Source of the DNA: Eledone cirrhosa
Lineage: Eukaryota
Direction of reading: 5' to 3'
Assembly: GCA_964016885.1 (NCBI GenBank)
Contig: CAXHJY010001526.1
Location: 1-54,416, forward strand
Length of the DNA: 54,416 nucleotides
Shown: positions 1 through 13,162 of the stretch, in pieces
How the letters are laid out: every line of letters starts with the position of its first letter
Position numbering within the stretch: the stretch's first letter is position 1
Position numbers and translations under genes: made by a program
Notes under the pieces: model-generated
Seen by the model: only the letters and a program-made list of their open reading frames with translations
Database searches by the model: none
What the model was told of the DNA's origin: nothing

Positions 1-357
1 ATATTTTATTTAGAGAGGGGGGGAGAGAAAAGGATGAAAAGGGAAGGAGATGAGAGGGAGAGATGGGTGATAGAGAGAAAGAGATAGTTTTTATAACAGA
101 GAGGAGATATATTTTATATAGAGGGGTTGAAAACCGTTGGAAGATACTGTATAAATTAAAAATTTTGAAAATTAACGAAGGGAGGATATGTGCGAGGAAA
201 AAATATATTATATTTAGGGAGGGGTGGGGGTGGAAAGGATGAAAAAAAGGGAGGAGATGAGAGTGAAGGTGGAAAGGGAGAGATGGGTGATAGAGAGAAA
301 GAGATAGTTTTTATAACTGAGAAAAAGATATAATGTTTTAATATAGAGAGGTTGGGA
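1..357 (-). repeat. 3' pseudo-LTR copy (partial, cut by window edge)
   Basis: Identical by eye to 3898..4254. Confidence 0.92.
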
Positions 358-620
358 ACCGTTGGAAGATAATGTATAAATTAAAGGAATTTGAAAATTA
401 ACGAAGGGAAATTATGTATGGAGATAGAGAGAAAAAAATAACGAAGGGAGATTATGTATGGAGATAGAGAGAAAAAAATAATAATTGTGGGTGAATATTC
501 AAAAGGAGAAATGTAGGAATCTTAAAATTAGCAAAGAGAAAAAGTTTATGTATAGGATTTGAGAAAAATTTATATTGAATTCATATGTATTAATAATGAG
601 TTCGTTGATGGGGAGAAAAA

Positions 621-1063
621 AATAATAATAATAAATTAAGGATGAAATTGAGATTAAAAAGATTTATGATAGAGAGAAAAAATAATAATGATTGCGGATG
701 AATACTCAAAATGTCAAAAACAAATGTTATTGTTTTACGAAGAGATATAATGAGGGTGATGAGTAAACGGGTATTATAGAGTGTATAATGCCCTTTAAAG
801 TAAGGTAGATGGGTATATTTTAAAGAATATATGAGTATATATTAAAAAAAATATATATAATAATAAATTAAGGATGAAATTGAGATTAAAAAGATTTATG
901 ATAGAGGGAAAAAAAAAAAATAATAATGATTGCGGATGAATATTCAAAATGTCAAAAACAAATGTTATTGTTTTACGAGAAGATAGGATGAGGTAAATGA
1001 ATAAACGAGTACTATAGAGTGTATAATGCCCTTTAAAGTAAGGTAGATGGGTATATTTTAAAG
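621..1063. repeat. ~240-bp-period tandem duplication in the PLE 3' UTR
   Basis: AATAAATTAAGGATGAAATTGAG...GGGTATATTTTAAAG occurs at ~621-825 and ~857-1063. Confidence 0.85.
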
Positions 1064-1119
1064 AGGTGTATGTATATGTGCCTTTGAGAAAAGATTCTAA
1101 ATTGATAAAGAATTGAATA

Positions 1120-3522
1120 TTAACTGTATACTTTGTGAAAAGTTCTATGGAATTTATGAAGGCAGATGGAAAACAAATCCGAGCGTCTATTTATTATGGA
1201 TTCTAGGTTAGAGATAATGGTAAATTTTTCATTTAGGCAGAGATTACAGATTTTAGATAGAGAACTGTTCAAGTACGAGGATGCAGAAGAAATCTTTTTC
1301 CAAAAGATGTTATATTTAATGTTTTTGTCTTTTAAGGACCATATGAGTTCTGAGAGAGCAGTGTTAGTTCTTTTAAGTTTGTATTTGAAAGATGAATGAT
1401 GATTATAGAGACGAGCTTTAAAAGAGGTGGAAGTGGAGCCAAAATAGGTGAAGGAGTTGGTGCTAGTTATAATTTTACATTCATAAATTAAGTTTTTATC
1501 GAGGCAATGGTTGTTGAGAGGACATTTATTTTTAATGCGGCAGTTGCAATTAGAGAGATTATTAATGAGTGATCTAGTGTTATCTATAGAAGGAATTGGA
1601 TTGGAGAAGTTGTTTGCGATAGGAATAATAGGAATAATAGTTTCTTGATTTAGAGTTGGATTATGAACATTTAGCGAAGTTGTGTTTGACGTTGCATTTG
1701 GGTTTACAGAAGTTAGCCTAGGGTTTACAATGACGTCAGGAGTACTATTATTGTTATTATGAGATTCAATATTGGAAGGAAGAGATTTAGTATTTAATAT
1801 TTTGTTGTTGTGTTTAGAAATGATGTTGGAAATATTGGAGGATGTAGAATACGAAAATTTAATGGTGTGTTTGTTAAATATTTTACTATAGATATGTGAG
1901 GGAGGGAAGCATTTATTTAAGGCACTAAAAAATAATTTAGGAATATTGTTATTAATAGAGATGGAGAAAGGAGCATTATACCAGATTATGTTTTTGTATC
2001 TAGGTCTTTTATTAAAATTATTGGAATGGTTATGATTAAATATTCTACTGTAAGTTTTCCTAGAATTTGTTTCTTTATTATATTTGATTTTATCTGGATA
2101 GCCAGCTTTAGAAAGTGCGTTATTATAGTAATTGGCGTTAGCATCAAAGATGTTTTTATTAGAAGATATGTTAGATATTCTATTTCCAATATTATTAACT
2201 ATAGCATTCTTGATATTGGTAGGATGGTTAGATTTAAAGTTAACATAATTAAGATTCTCATTGTTTTTATGGTAAGGGTAATATAGGCCAGTGTCAAGAT
2301 TAAGAGATACATCCAAGAAATTAGCTAGTTTGGTACTATTATCAAATTCAATTTTTAGGTTATGTTGGTTAAAGAGATTACGTATATTGTTCTTAATAAT
2401 ATTAAGTTTAACTATATTGCAATTTAGGATAGTAAAGAGTCCATCGTCACGATAAATTCCACCGCGAAGTTGAGGAATTTTCCGACTCAAAGAGTTCAAA
2501 ATGAAGATACCAATTAAATCAGTCAATTGGGATGAATCGGATGCTCCCATTGTGATGTCGAAGTTGTTAGAGGTATCGGCTCTGGTCCAATATTCGTTGT
2601 TGAACTCTAGGATGGTTTTACGTGCGGTGAGGATGATGTGAAGTTCATCTGTGGTGATGTCAGAATATTTAAGTGCGAAAGATAGAGCATTATTGAGAAG
2701 TGAAGGCGAAATGGAGGAATAGTAGCTGGCAATATCGAATTGAATAAATTTTAGTTTGTTTTTATTATCCAATTTGTTGAACCAGCCAATCACTTCAGAA
2801 GTACCAAACCATAAATTTAGGTTTAAAGAAGAGCAATTAGAACTAACCTGTGGGATAATCCTATCCAAGATGGCTTTACTAACAACCCCCAGATCAGATT
2901 TAGAGGGGGCGATTAATCTAACAGGTAGTTCAGTGCGAAAATTGTTTTTGTGATCCTTGAGATTTATCCTCGGAGTTCTTGGGAGGAATGGTTCGGTCTT
3001 TTTTTCAATGCCAAGTTTTGACATAATCTCATAGGCTTCAAGGTTTATGCATTCTAAATTTTCATGGTTGGTTTTACGATACTTTTTCCTAAGTTCCTTT
3101 AGGATAAGGTTGTTATAATTATCCTTGGAAATACCATATAGGTTATTGGTTTTGTCAGAGTGGACTAAAACATTTTTTGAGGAATTTAGGTTAGAGATTG
3201 TGTTCTTGAGATTTACAAGGTGCTCTTGTCCTTTGTAAGGGTATCTCTTGAATTTAAGATTTTTTATAATTTTAGTTAATTCTTCCTCGAATTGTGCTAG
3301 ATTTTTGTTGGAAGGAGGATTTCGTCTGGAATTAAAAAGATGATCGAGGAAGTTGTGTTCTTTGGTATGAAAGTTCCCTTTTAGGCGCTGGTCATAGAAA
3401 TAGGCTGTCCATCTAAGTCTTCTTACGAAGGAGTCAGTTTTTTCAATAAGAAGTTTGGTGAATTCAGATTTACCAGGTATAGGAATGTCTTTAGTAGAAT
3501 TGGTTATGTTGTAATAATCCAT
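1120..3522 (-). CDS. PLE reverse transcriptase-GIY-YIG endonuclease (~800 aa from ATG MDYYNIT; the track start at 3582 is TTG)
   Basis: Uninterrupted ORF. N-terminal STKDIPIP..LIEKTDSFVRRLRW; RT motifs SDKTNNLY, FIQFDIASYYSSI, TMGASDS, IYRDDGL, NFLDVSL, SNHP; CNCR..CPL..C linker; LIY..YFGST..FKARLYNH GIY-YIG; C-terminal CNLC..EK..NRR..CLH. Confidence 0.93.
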   Translation of the reverse strand: MDYYNITNSTKDIPIPGKSEFTKLLIEKTDSFVRRLRWTAYFYDQRLKGNFHTKEHNFLDHLFNSRRNPPSNKNLAQFEEELTKIIKNLKFKRYPYKGQEHLVNLKNTISNLNSSKNVLVHSDKTNNLYGISKDNYNNLILKELRKKYRKTNHENLECINLEAYEIMSKLGIEKKTEPFLPRTPRINLKDHKNNFRTELPVRLIAPSKSDLGVVSKAILDRIIPQVSSNCSSLNLNLWFGTSEVIGWFNKLDNKNKLKFIQFDIASYYSSISPSLLNNALSFALKYSDITTDELHIILTARKTILEFNNEYWTRADTSNNFDITMGASDSSQLTDLIGIFILNSLSRKIPQLRGGIYRDDGLFTILNCNIVKLNIIKNNIRNLFNQHNLKIEFDNSTKLANFLDVSLNLDTGLYYPYHKNNENLNYVNFKSNHPTNIKNAIVNNIGNRISNISSNKNIFDANANYYNNALSKAGYPDKIKYNKETNSRKTYSRIFNHNHSNNFNKRPRYKNIIWYNAPFSISINNNIPKLFFSALNKCFPPSHIYSKIFNKHTIKFSYSTSSNISNIISKHNNKILNTKSLPSNIESHNNNNSTPDVIVNPRLTSVNPNATSNTTSLNVHNPTLNQETIIPIIPIANNFSNPIPSIDNTRSLINNLSNCNCRIKNKCPLNNHCLDKNLIYECKIITSTNSFTYFGSTSTSFKARLYNHHSSFKYKLKRTNTALSELIWSLKDKNIKYNIFWKKISSASSYLNSSLSKICNLCLNEKFTIISNLESIINRRSDLFSICLHKFHRTFHKVYS

Positions 3523-3726
3523 GTTGTAGAAGAAGAGGTGAAGGACCATCAAAAGGTATCCAATATGAGAGTAAGCGCTCAACCGTTAAGGAGCAAGTAA
3601 ATGTAGGAGGTGAGTTTTATTGTAGTACAATAAAGCAATGCAGATATCGGATAAGAAGCACTCTACAGTTTGTGGGACTGGAGTATGCATAATATAAGAT
3701 CAAAAGATGGTTAAAGGAGTTCAATA

Positions 3727-3797
3727 TATTTTATTATGCGCATTTCAAAAACAAACATCATCAAACAATAATATTTGTGTTTTCATCAGATAAAACA
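3727..3797 (-). ncRNA. Minimal type I hammerhead ribozyme
   Basis: Minus strand: stem I UGUUUUAU / CUGAUGA / stem II AAACACAAAUAUUAU-loop-AUGAUGUUUGUUUUU / GAAA / palindromic stem III UGCGCA / UA^ / stem I' AUAAAAUA. Predicted cleavage between 3735 and 3734. Confidence 0.88.
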
Positions 3798-3897
3798 GGA
3801 GAACATGATATGAAGGCTAAAAAAACACTTGTTGATAGTGCAGTTTTAAATCAACATATGAAAAGTGGTTTTAGATTGATGTGTGATATTGGGAAAA

Positions 3898-4254
3898 ATA
3901 TTTTATTTAGAGAGGGGGGGAGAGAAAAGGATGAAAAGGGAAGGAGATGAGAGGGAGAGATGGGTGATAGAGAGAAAGAGATAGTTTTTATAACAGAGAG
4001 GAGATATATTTTATATAGAGGGGTTGAAAACCGTTGGAAGATACTGTATAAATTAAAAATTTTGAAAATTAACGAAGGGAGGATATGTGCGAGGAAAAAA
4101 TATATTATATTTAGGGAGGGGTGGGGGTGGAAAGGATGAAAAAAAGGGAGGAGATGAGAGTGAAGGTGGAAAGGGAGAGATGGGTGATAGAGAGAAAGAG
4201 ATAGTTTTTATAACTGAGAAAAAGATATAATGTTTTAATATAGAGAGGTTGGGA
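3898..4254 (-). repeat. 5' pseudo-LTR copy (portion matching 1..357)
   Basis: Identical by eye to 1..357; ends at ...GTTGGGA followed by the TA array. Confidence 0.92.
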
Positions 4255-4378
4255 TATATGCATATATATATATATATATATATGCATATATATATATGCA
4301 TATATATATATATATGCATATATATATATATATGCATATATATATCTATATGCATATATATATATATATATATATATA

Positions 4379-4424
<46 letters not shown>

Positions 4425-4504
4425 TATATATATGCATATATATATGCATATGCATATATATATATATATATATGCATATATATATATGGATATATATATA
4501 TATA

Positions 4505-4538
<34 letters not shown>

Positions 4539-4554
4539 TATATATATATATATA

Positions 4555-4590
<36 letters not shown>

Positions 4591-4664
4591 TATATATATA
4601 TATATATATGCATATATATATGCATATATATATGCATATGCATATATATATATATATATATATA

Positions 4665-4700
<36 letters not shown>

Positions 4701-4736
4701 TATATATATATATGCATATATATATATATATATATA

Positions 4737-4804
<68 letters not shown>

Positions 4805-4821
4805 TATATGCATATATATAT
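4255..4821. repeat. Compound (TA)n microsatellite with GC interruptions
   Basis: (TA)n-TGCA units. Confidence 0.97.
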
Positions 4822-5650
4822 TATGCCCTCTGACCACAGACACACCACACTCCTCCTGCCTTGACCACTTCTTGTTGCACGCGCACCCCACATCTCCCCT
4901 CTTCCGACCAATCTCTTCACGGATTACACGTATGTGAAGCTTGATCCCGGAATCAACCACATCAAAGGATTTTACTAAGCATCCCACCACATCTTCTTAC
5001 GGAATCACCTTTATGACTCGCCCACACACACACACCCTAATTTTTTTTTTTTTTTTTTTTACACACGCCATCTACACCCACAACATGCTTAAACACCACA
5101 CACACACGTGCGTACAACCTCGTATTTACACATTCAGCCTCCGGATTCCTCACCCCCCACCCCTCTATCCACACACGCACACACCCCGACCTACACCCCA
5201 CCCCACACACACCTCTTCCTGAACATGCAACCCCGTTCTTCCCCCAACCCTTGCTTTCACATACACACACACACACACACGTACACCTACACACACACAC
5301 CACCTTCAGCCCTCCCCGCTAGGACACCCCGTCTCCCTCTCCCCACTCCACCCGCCACCACCCCTACACGCCCCACACCCTTCCACAACCTGTTTTACCC
5401 CATTTTAATTTTATTTTGATCATGCCTTTATTTTTAATTTCATTTGCACCGTTTCCTCTCACCCCCTTTTTGCTATATGTCTCTCCACCACTCCCTTACA
5501 CACACTTTGAACTCTCTTCCAACACATTTTTCACCTGAAGAAGGGCTTATGCCCGAAACGTCGTTCCCCACCACCACCCCACTCTCAAGAGCGTGAAATT
5601 AATAAACATTTGTTGTACTGCCTCTGTTTTGTTCCCGTTCAATTTTTCAT
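4822..5650 (+). mobile_element. 5'-truncated PLE remnant (second family)
   Basis: Flanked by TA arrays; possible decayed GIY-YIG tail ([12 protein letters not shown]); C/A-rich UTR; HHR core; AATAAA at 5601. Confidence 0.6.
5532..5565 (+). ncRNA. Minimal hammerhead motif, intact core, weak stem I
   Basis: CTGAAGA-A-GGGC-TTAT-GCCC-GAAA-CG-TC; only 2 bp of stem I visible. Confidence 0.7.
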
Positions 5651-6384
<734 letters not shown>

Positions 6385-6535
6385 TAAAGTATCGTCTTCC
6401 TGTCTTCCTCCGGTTGCAACGTATTTTTAAATATCCACTTCTGCGTTTACAGATTGACTTTGTTAGTTTCAGAAGATCCCGTTAAGGGTGAAAGCAGCGA
6501 TTTTTGCTTAAACTTTAATCTGTTATTTTAATAAA
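6385..6535 (+). mobile_element. Short insert in TA array, possible PLE 3' end with decayed hammerhead
   Basis: CAGAAGA-TCCC-GTTAA-GGGT-GAAA at ~6470-6493, then AATAAA and TA repeat. Confidence 0.35.
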
Positions 6536-6597
6536 TATATATATATGCATGCATATATATATATATATGCATGCATATATATATATATATATATTCA

Positions 6598-6633
<36 letters not shown>

Positions 6634-6663
6634 TGCATATATATATATATATATATATATTCA

Positions 6664-6702
<39 letters not shown>

Positions 6703-6728
6703 TTACCTCCGATTCAACCCGGAATAAC

Positions 6729-6773
<45 letters not shown>

Positions 6774-6983
6774 TGCATATATATATATATATGCATAAAT
6801 ATATATATATGCATGCATATATATATATATATATATATGCATAAATATATATATATGCATGAATATATATATATATATATATATATGCATGAATATATAT
6901 ATATATATATATATATGCATAAATATATATATATGCATGAATATATATATATATATATGCATGAATATATATATATATATTCA

Positions 6984-7041
<58 letters not shown>

Positions 7042-7116
7042 TGCATATATATATATTTATGCATATATATATATATATATATGCATGCATATATATACAT
7101 ATATATATATGTATGT
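6536..7116. repeat. Compound (TA)n array containing a 30-bp insert (6701..6730)
   Basis: The insert is the exact reverse complement of 7117..7146. Confidence 0.9.
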
Positions 7117-7279
7117 ACGTTATTCCGGGTTGAATCGGAGGTAACCACAGTAAGTAAGGTACTCAATACATAGCAGAGTATAAAAGTTTTAATATAGATG
7201 AGATTCTACAGGACTAGAACTGTTTCATTCCTTAGAAATCATCCTGATGATTTCTAATGAATGAAACAGTTCTAGTCCT
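7117..7279 (-). mobile_element. PLE-like 3' end with fold-back hammerhead hairpin
   Basis: 34-bp-arm palindrome 7210..7279 containing CTGATGA-TTTC-TAAT-GAAT-GAAA-CAGT; homologous to 35365..35525. Confidence 0.65.
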
Positions 7280-7734
7280 ATATATATATATATATATATA
7301 TATATGCATGCATAGTATATATATATATATATATATTTATGCATATATATATATTTATGCATATATATATTTATGCATATATATATATATTATTTATGCA
7401 TATATATATTTATGCATATATATATATATATATTCATGCATATATATATATTTATGCATATATATATATATATATATATATTCATGCATATATATATATC
7501 ATGCATATATATATTTATGCATATATTATATATATATATATAATATATCATGCATATATATATATTTATGCATATATATATATATTTATGCATATATATA
7601 TATTCATGCATATATATATATTTATGCATATATATATATATATATTCATGCATATATATATATATATATATGCATGCATATGTATATATATATATATATA
7701 TGCATGCATATGTATATATATATATGCATGCATA

Positions 7735-7799
<65 letters not shown>

Positions 7800-7826
7800 T
7801 AATATATATATATATATATATATACA

Positions 7827-7881
<55 letters not shown>

Positions 7882-7891
7882 TAATATATAT
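7280..7891. repeat. Compound (TA)n array (TTTATGC/TTCATGC variants)
   Basis: Direct reading. Confidence 0.95.
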
Positions 7892-8357
7892 GATAAACAC
7901 AAAACGCGCTTGCATTGTAACAGACAAAGTTAGCTATTAATGAAATAAACTAATTAAAGTGAATACAATTTGTCTGTCTCGATATAAGTCAATAAAGACA
8001 GGCTTATATTGGCAAAGGCCGTGATTCCTGGACAAATTTAAATTTCAAAATCCAAACCCGCTCCGTAGATGAATTTGAACTTTCGAAACCTAAATATGTT
8101 TCGCAACGATGGTACATGAATTGAAAAATAAAGAGAATCAAAATGGAATTGAAATAAAAAGTGAAAAATCCAAATCTTCTGTGCTTATCAACAGGAACCC
8201 AGTAAAATTAGTACATTTCACCATCAAAAATTTTGCAGGTCTGACTACACGTGTGCAGCCAGGCCAAACTAGCCGCCCCGCATTCCCGGTGCTAGAAATA
8301 ACAGCCGTTTATGCGGGATTAAAGATCAGCTCTACAGTTAAGGAGCTATAGTTAAGG

Positions 8358-9190
8358 AGCCGCTAAAGGGTTCTCTCTAAAAATGAAAGGCTGGTTGTAT
8401 GATGTCTGCATACGAACACTAATGTTACATGACAGTGAGACCTGGGCATTGTGTGCAGAGGATATACGCAGACTGGAGAGGAACGAAGCTTGCATGCTCC
8501 ACTGGATGTGTAATAGTAATATACGTTAATGGCAAAGCATAAACGAACTAAGGGAGAAATTAGGAATAAGAGGGATCAGATGTTTAGTCGAGAGAAGACT
8601 ATGTTGGTACGGTCACGTGATGCGCATGAAAGACGACAGCCATATAAAAAAGTGCAGGGGGATAAAAATAGACGGTAGCCACGGAGTAGGCAGACCCAGA
8701 AAAACCTGGGACGACTTGATAAATTCCGACCTCACACACTTACACCTCTCCAAGACAATGTCACTGGACCGAGATCTTTGGCGCTACACAGTAATACAGA
8801 AGACCCGCCTTGCATAAGTACAAAGCGAAACCTACAGTCAGTAGGCACCTCTAACAAAAATACACCCCCTGTCCCACTACCCCCACCCCATCCACACCAC
8901 CCCCTTCAATGTGAAGTTATGTTGGTACCACAACATCCAGTCCGAAACAAATGAGGTCATGTAGGTGTCACGACAAAAAAACACACAGTCCACACTGTAA
9001 TGTAGCCGTGTAGGTAACACGGTAAAAACCTCTCAGTCCACACTGTAAACATGGGTTAGTGTTAGGAAGGGCATCCAGCCGTAGAAAACCTGCCAGACAG
9101 TACTATACGAGCAGGACAACCAATCTTGCCTCAAGTGGGAAAACTCCCATCCAAACCCATGCAAGCGTGGAAGATGGACATTAAACCATG
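8358..9190 (+). mobile_element. RTE-clade LINE 3' fragment
   Basis: Homologous to 11385..12330; GRPRKTW motif; shared 3' UTR; internal stop codon. Confidence 0.85.
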
Positions 9191-10348
9191 CATATATATA
9201 TGTTATATATATATGCATGCATGCATATATATGTTATGCATATATATGTTATATATATATATGTTATATATATATGTAATATATATATATATATGTTATA
9301 TATATATATATGTTATATATATGTTATATATATATATGTTATATATATATATGTTATATATATGTGATATATATATATGTGATATATATATATGTGATAT
9401 ATATATATATGTTATATATATATATGTTATATATATATATGTGATATATATATATGTTATATATATATATGTGATATATATATATATGTGATATATATAT
9501 ATGTGATATATATATATGTGATATATATATACATTATATATATATATATGTTATATATATATATGTTATATATATATATGTTATATATATATATATGTTA
9601 TATATATATATGTTATATATATATATGTTATATATATATATGTTATATATATATATGTTATATATATGTTATATATATGTATGCATATATATATATGTTA
9701 TATATATAAATGTTATATATATATATGTTATATATATATGCATGCATATATATATATATATATATGCATGCATATATATATATATATGCATGCATATATA
9801 TATACATATATGCATATATATAAATGTTATATATATATATGCATATATATAAATGTTATATATATATATATATATATGCATATATATAAATGTTATATAT
9901 ATATATATATGCATGCATATATATATATATGTTATATATATATATATGTTTTATATATAGATTTGTTATATATATTATATATGCATATATATAGATTTGT
10001 TATATATATTATATATGCATATATATATATATGTTATATATATATATGTTTTATATATAGATTTGTTATATATATTATATATGCATATATATGTTTTATA
10101 TATATATATATATATGCATATATATATATATATGCATATATATATATATGCATATATATATATATGCATATATATATGTTATATATATATGCATATATAT
10201 ATATATATATATGTTATATATATATATGCATATATATATATATGTTATATATATATATGCATATATATATATATATGCATATATATATATATATGTTATA
10301 TATATATGCATATATATATATGCATATATATATGTTATATATATATAT
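9191..10348. repeat. Compound (TA)n array (TGTTA/TGTGA/TGCA variants)
   Basis: Direct reading. Confidence 0.95.
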
Positions 10349-10349
10349 T

Positions 10350-10700
10350 TTGGCTTGATTTCTACAGCTGGATGCCCTTCCTAACACCAACCTCATTTAC
10401 AGTGAGTGCTGGGTGCTTTTTTCCGTGGCACCTACACGTCCACTTTACAGTGTGGGCTGGGTGCTTTTTTGCCGTCGCACCTCCATGACCACTTTGAAGT
10501 GGGAGGATGTGGGGGCATATTGTCTATATGCTTCAGCTTGTACCCATGGGAGGTCGGGTACTCTGTATTACTGTGTGACGCCAGAAGTCACGGTCGTGTG
10601 TCATTGCCTTTGAGAGGTGTAATTGGGTAAGGTCGGCTTTTATCACCTCATCCCAGGTCATCTTGGGTCTCCCCACTCCACGGTTTCCATCAACTTCTAG
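10350..10700 (-). mobile_element. RTE LINE 3' fragment
   Basis: Reverse-complement match to ~23855..24205. Confidence 0.85.
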
Positions 10701-10941
10701 AAATATATATTTATTAAAATATTTTAATAAATATTTGCTCTACGGTTCTTATATATTTGATATATATTTATCCTTATCGAGCCCTCTTTGGATTTTAGTC
10801 TTCAAATTTATTATTATTACTATGTTATATATATATATATATGGCAACGAATGAGTTAGAGTGGGTGGGGAGTCGCAAAAAAAATCTGGAAATAAATAAA
10901 TAAATAACCCCAAACAAAAAATTATAATAAGCATATATATA

Positions 10942-12345
10942 TATTCCAAACATGGAAGCACGGCCTAGAATCAAAAGGACTTAAAATTAACCTGGCTAAG
11001 ACTAAAGTTCTAGTTTGTAGGAAAGAAAATAAGGCGGTGGTCTCTTCTGGGAAATGGCCATGCTCAGTGTATAGGAAAGGCGTAGGTAGAAACTCCATTT
11101 TATGTCCCAAATGCAAAGTATGGGTGCATAAAAGATGTAGTGGGATCACAGGTAAGCTAACTAAGAACATAGATTTTACATGTGGCCGGTGCTCTGGTGC
11201 AATAAGTAGCAGCAAGTGCCCACAAAATACTAGCTCCTTCAACTGCGCAGAGGGTTCTATAGAAATAGTGGACAGCTCCCGTTACCTGGGTGACAAAATC
11301 AGCAGTGGGGGAGGGTGCTCTGAAAGTACAGTAGCTAGAGTCAGAACTGGATGGAAAAAGTTCAGAGAGCTTATACCACTATTAGCCGCTAGAGGGTTCT
11401 CTCTAAAAATGAAAGGCAGGTTATACGATGCCTGCATACGAACAGCAATGTTGCATGGCAGTGAGACCTGGGCATTGTGTGCAGAGGATATACGCAGACT
11501 AGAGAGGAACGAAGCTAGCATGCTCCGCTGGATGTGCAATAGTAATATACGTGAACGGCAAAGCATAAACGAACTAAGGAAAAAATTAGAAATAAGAGGG
11601 ATCAGATGTTGTTTACTCGAGAGAAGGCTACGTTGGTACGGTCACGTGATGCGCATGAAAGACGACAGCTGTATAACAAAGTGCTGGGCAATAGAGATAG
11701 ACGGTAGCCACGGAGTAGGCAGACCCAGAAAAACCTGGGACGACATGATAAATTCCGACCTCACACGCTTACACCTCTCCAAGACAATGTCACTGGACCG
11801 AGACCTTTGGCGGTACTCAGTAATAGAGAAAACCCGCCTTACCTAAATACAAAGTAAAAACCTACTACAGTCAGTAGGCATCTCTATCAAAACACACCCC
11901 CGTCCCACCACCTCCACCCCATCCACACCGCCCCTTTCAATGTAAAGTTATGTTGGTCCCACAACATCCAGGCCGAAACAAATGAGATCGTGTAGGTGTC
12001 ACGACAAAAAAACACACAGTCCACGCTGTAAATGTGGCCGTGTAGGCAACACGGTAAAAACCTCCCAGCCCCACACTGTAAATGTGGTTGGTGTTAGGAA
12101 GGGCATCCAGCTGTAGAAAACCCGCCAGACAGTCCACGCTGTAATGTGGCCGTGTAGGCAACACGGTAAAAACCTCCCAGCCCCACACTGTAAATGTGGT
12201 TGGTGTTAGGAAGGGCATCCAGCTGTAGAAAACCCGCCAGACAGTCCTATGCGAGCAAGACAACCACTCTTGCCTCAAGTGGGAAAACCCCCATCCAAAC
12301 CCATGCAAGCGTGGAACACGGACGCTAAACCTGATGATGATGATA
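10942..12345 (+). mobile_element. 5'-truncated RTE LINE (post-RT region, PHD-like finger, 3' UTR, (GAT)n tail)
   Basis: ORF 11037..11846: KWPCSV..CPKC..WVHKRC..CGRC, HGSETW, RRLRWYGHV, GRPRKTW; ~115-bp duplication inside the 3' UTR. Confidence 0.9.
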
Positions 12346-12984
<639 letters not shown>

Positions 12985-13028
12985 AAGTAGAAGTGGTATT
13001 TAATTTGTTGGAAGTCCGACAAACATAA

Positions 13029-13074
<46 letters not shown>

Positions 13075-13162
13075 GTAGAAGTTATATTTAATTTGTTAAC
13101 TTAAAAGGTTTATGACTGATATAGAGCACTCAACCGGTTACTGGAGTAAATATTCAATATAT

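Larger units (their letters stand above)
1..4254 (-). mobile_element. Penelope-like retroelement (PLE), Naiad-type, intact and young; 3' end runs off the window start
   Basis: RT + GIY-YIG ORF; direct repeat 1..357 = 3898..4254 (period 3897 bp); hammerhead upstream of the ORF; 5' end abuts a (TA)n array. Confidence 0.93.

Noticed and set aside
1-3582. Selenoprotein/SECIS Naiad
   Set aside because: Some Naiads use UGA-Sec, but this ORF has no in-frame UGA, and I saw no convincing SECIS.
3523-3582. ORF start at 3582
   Set aside because: This is a TTG codon. Homology-like sequence starts after the ATG at 3522; an in-frame ATG at 3549 cannot be excluded.
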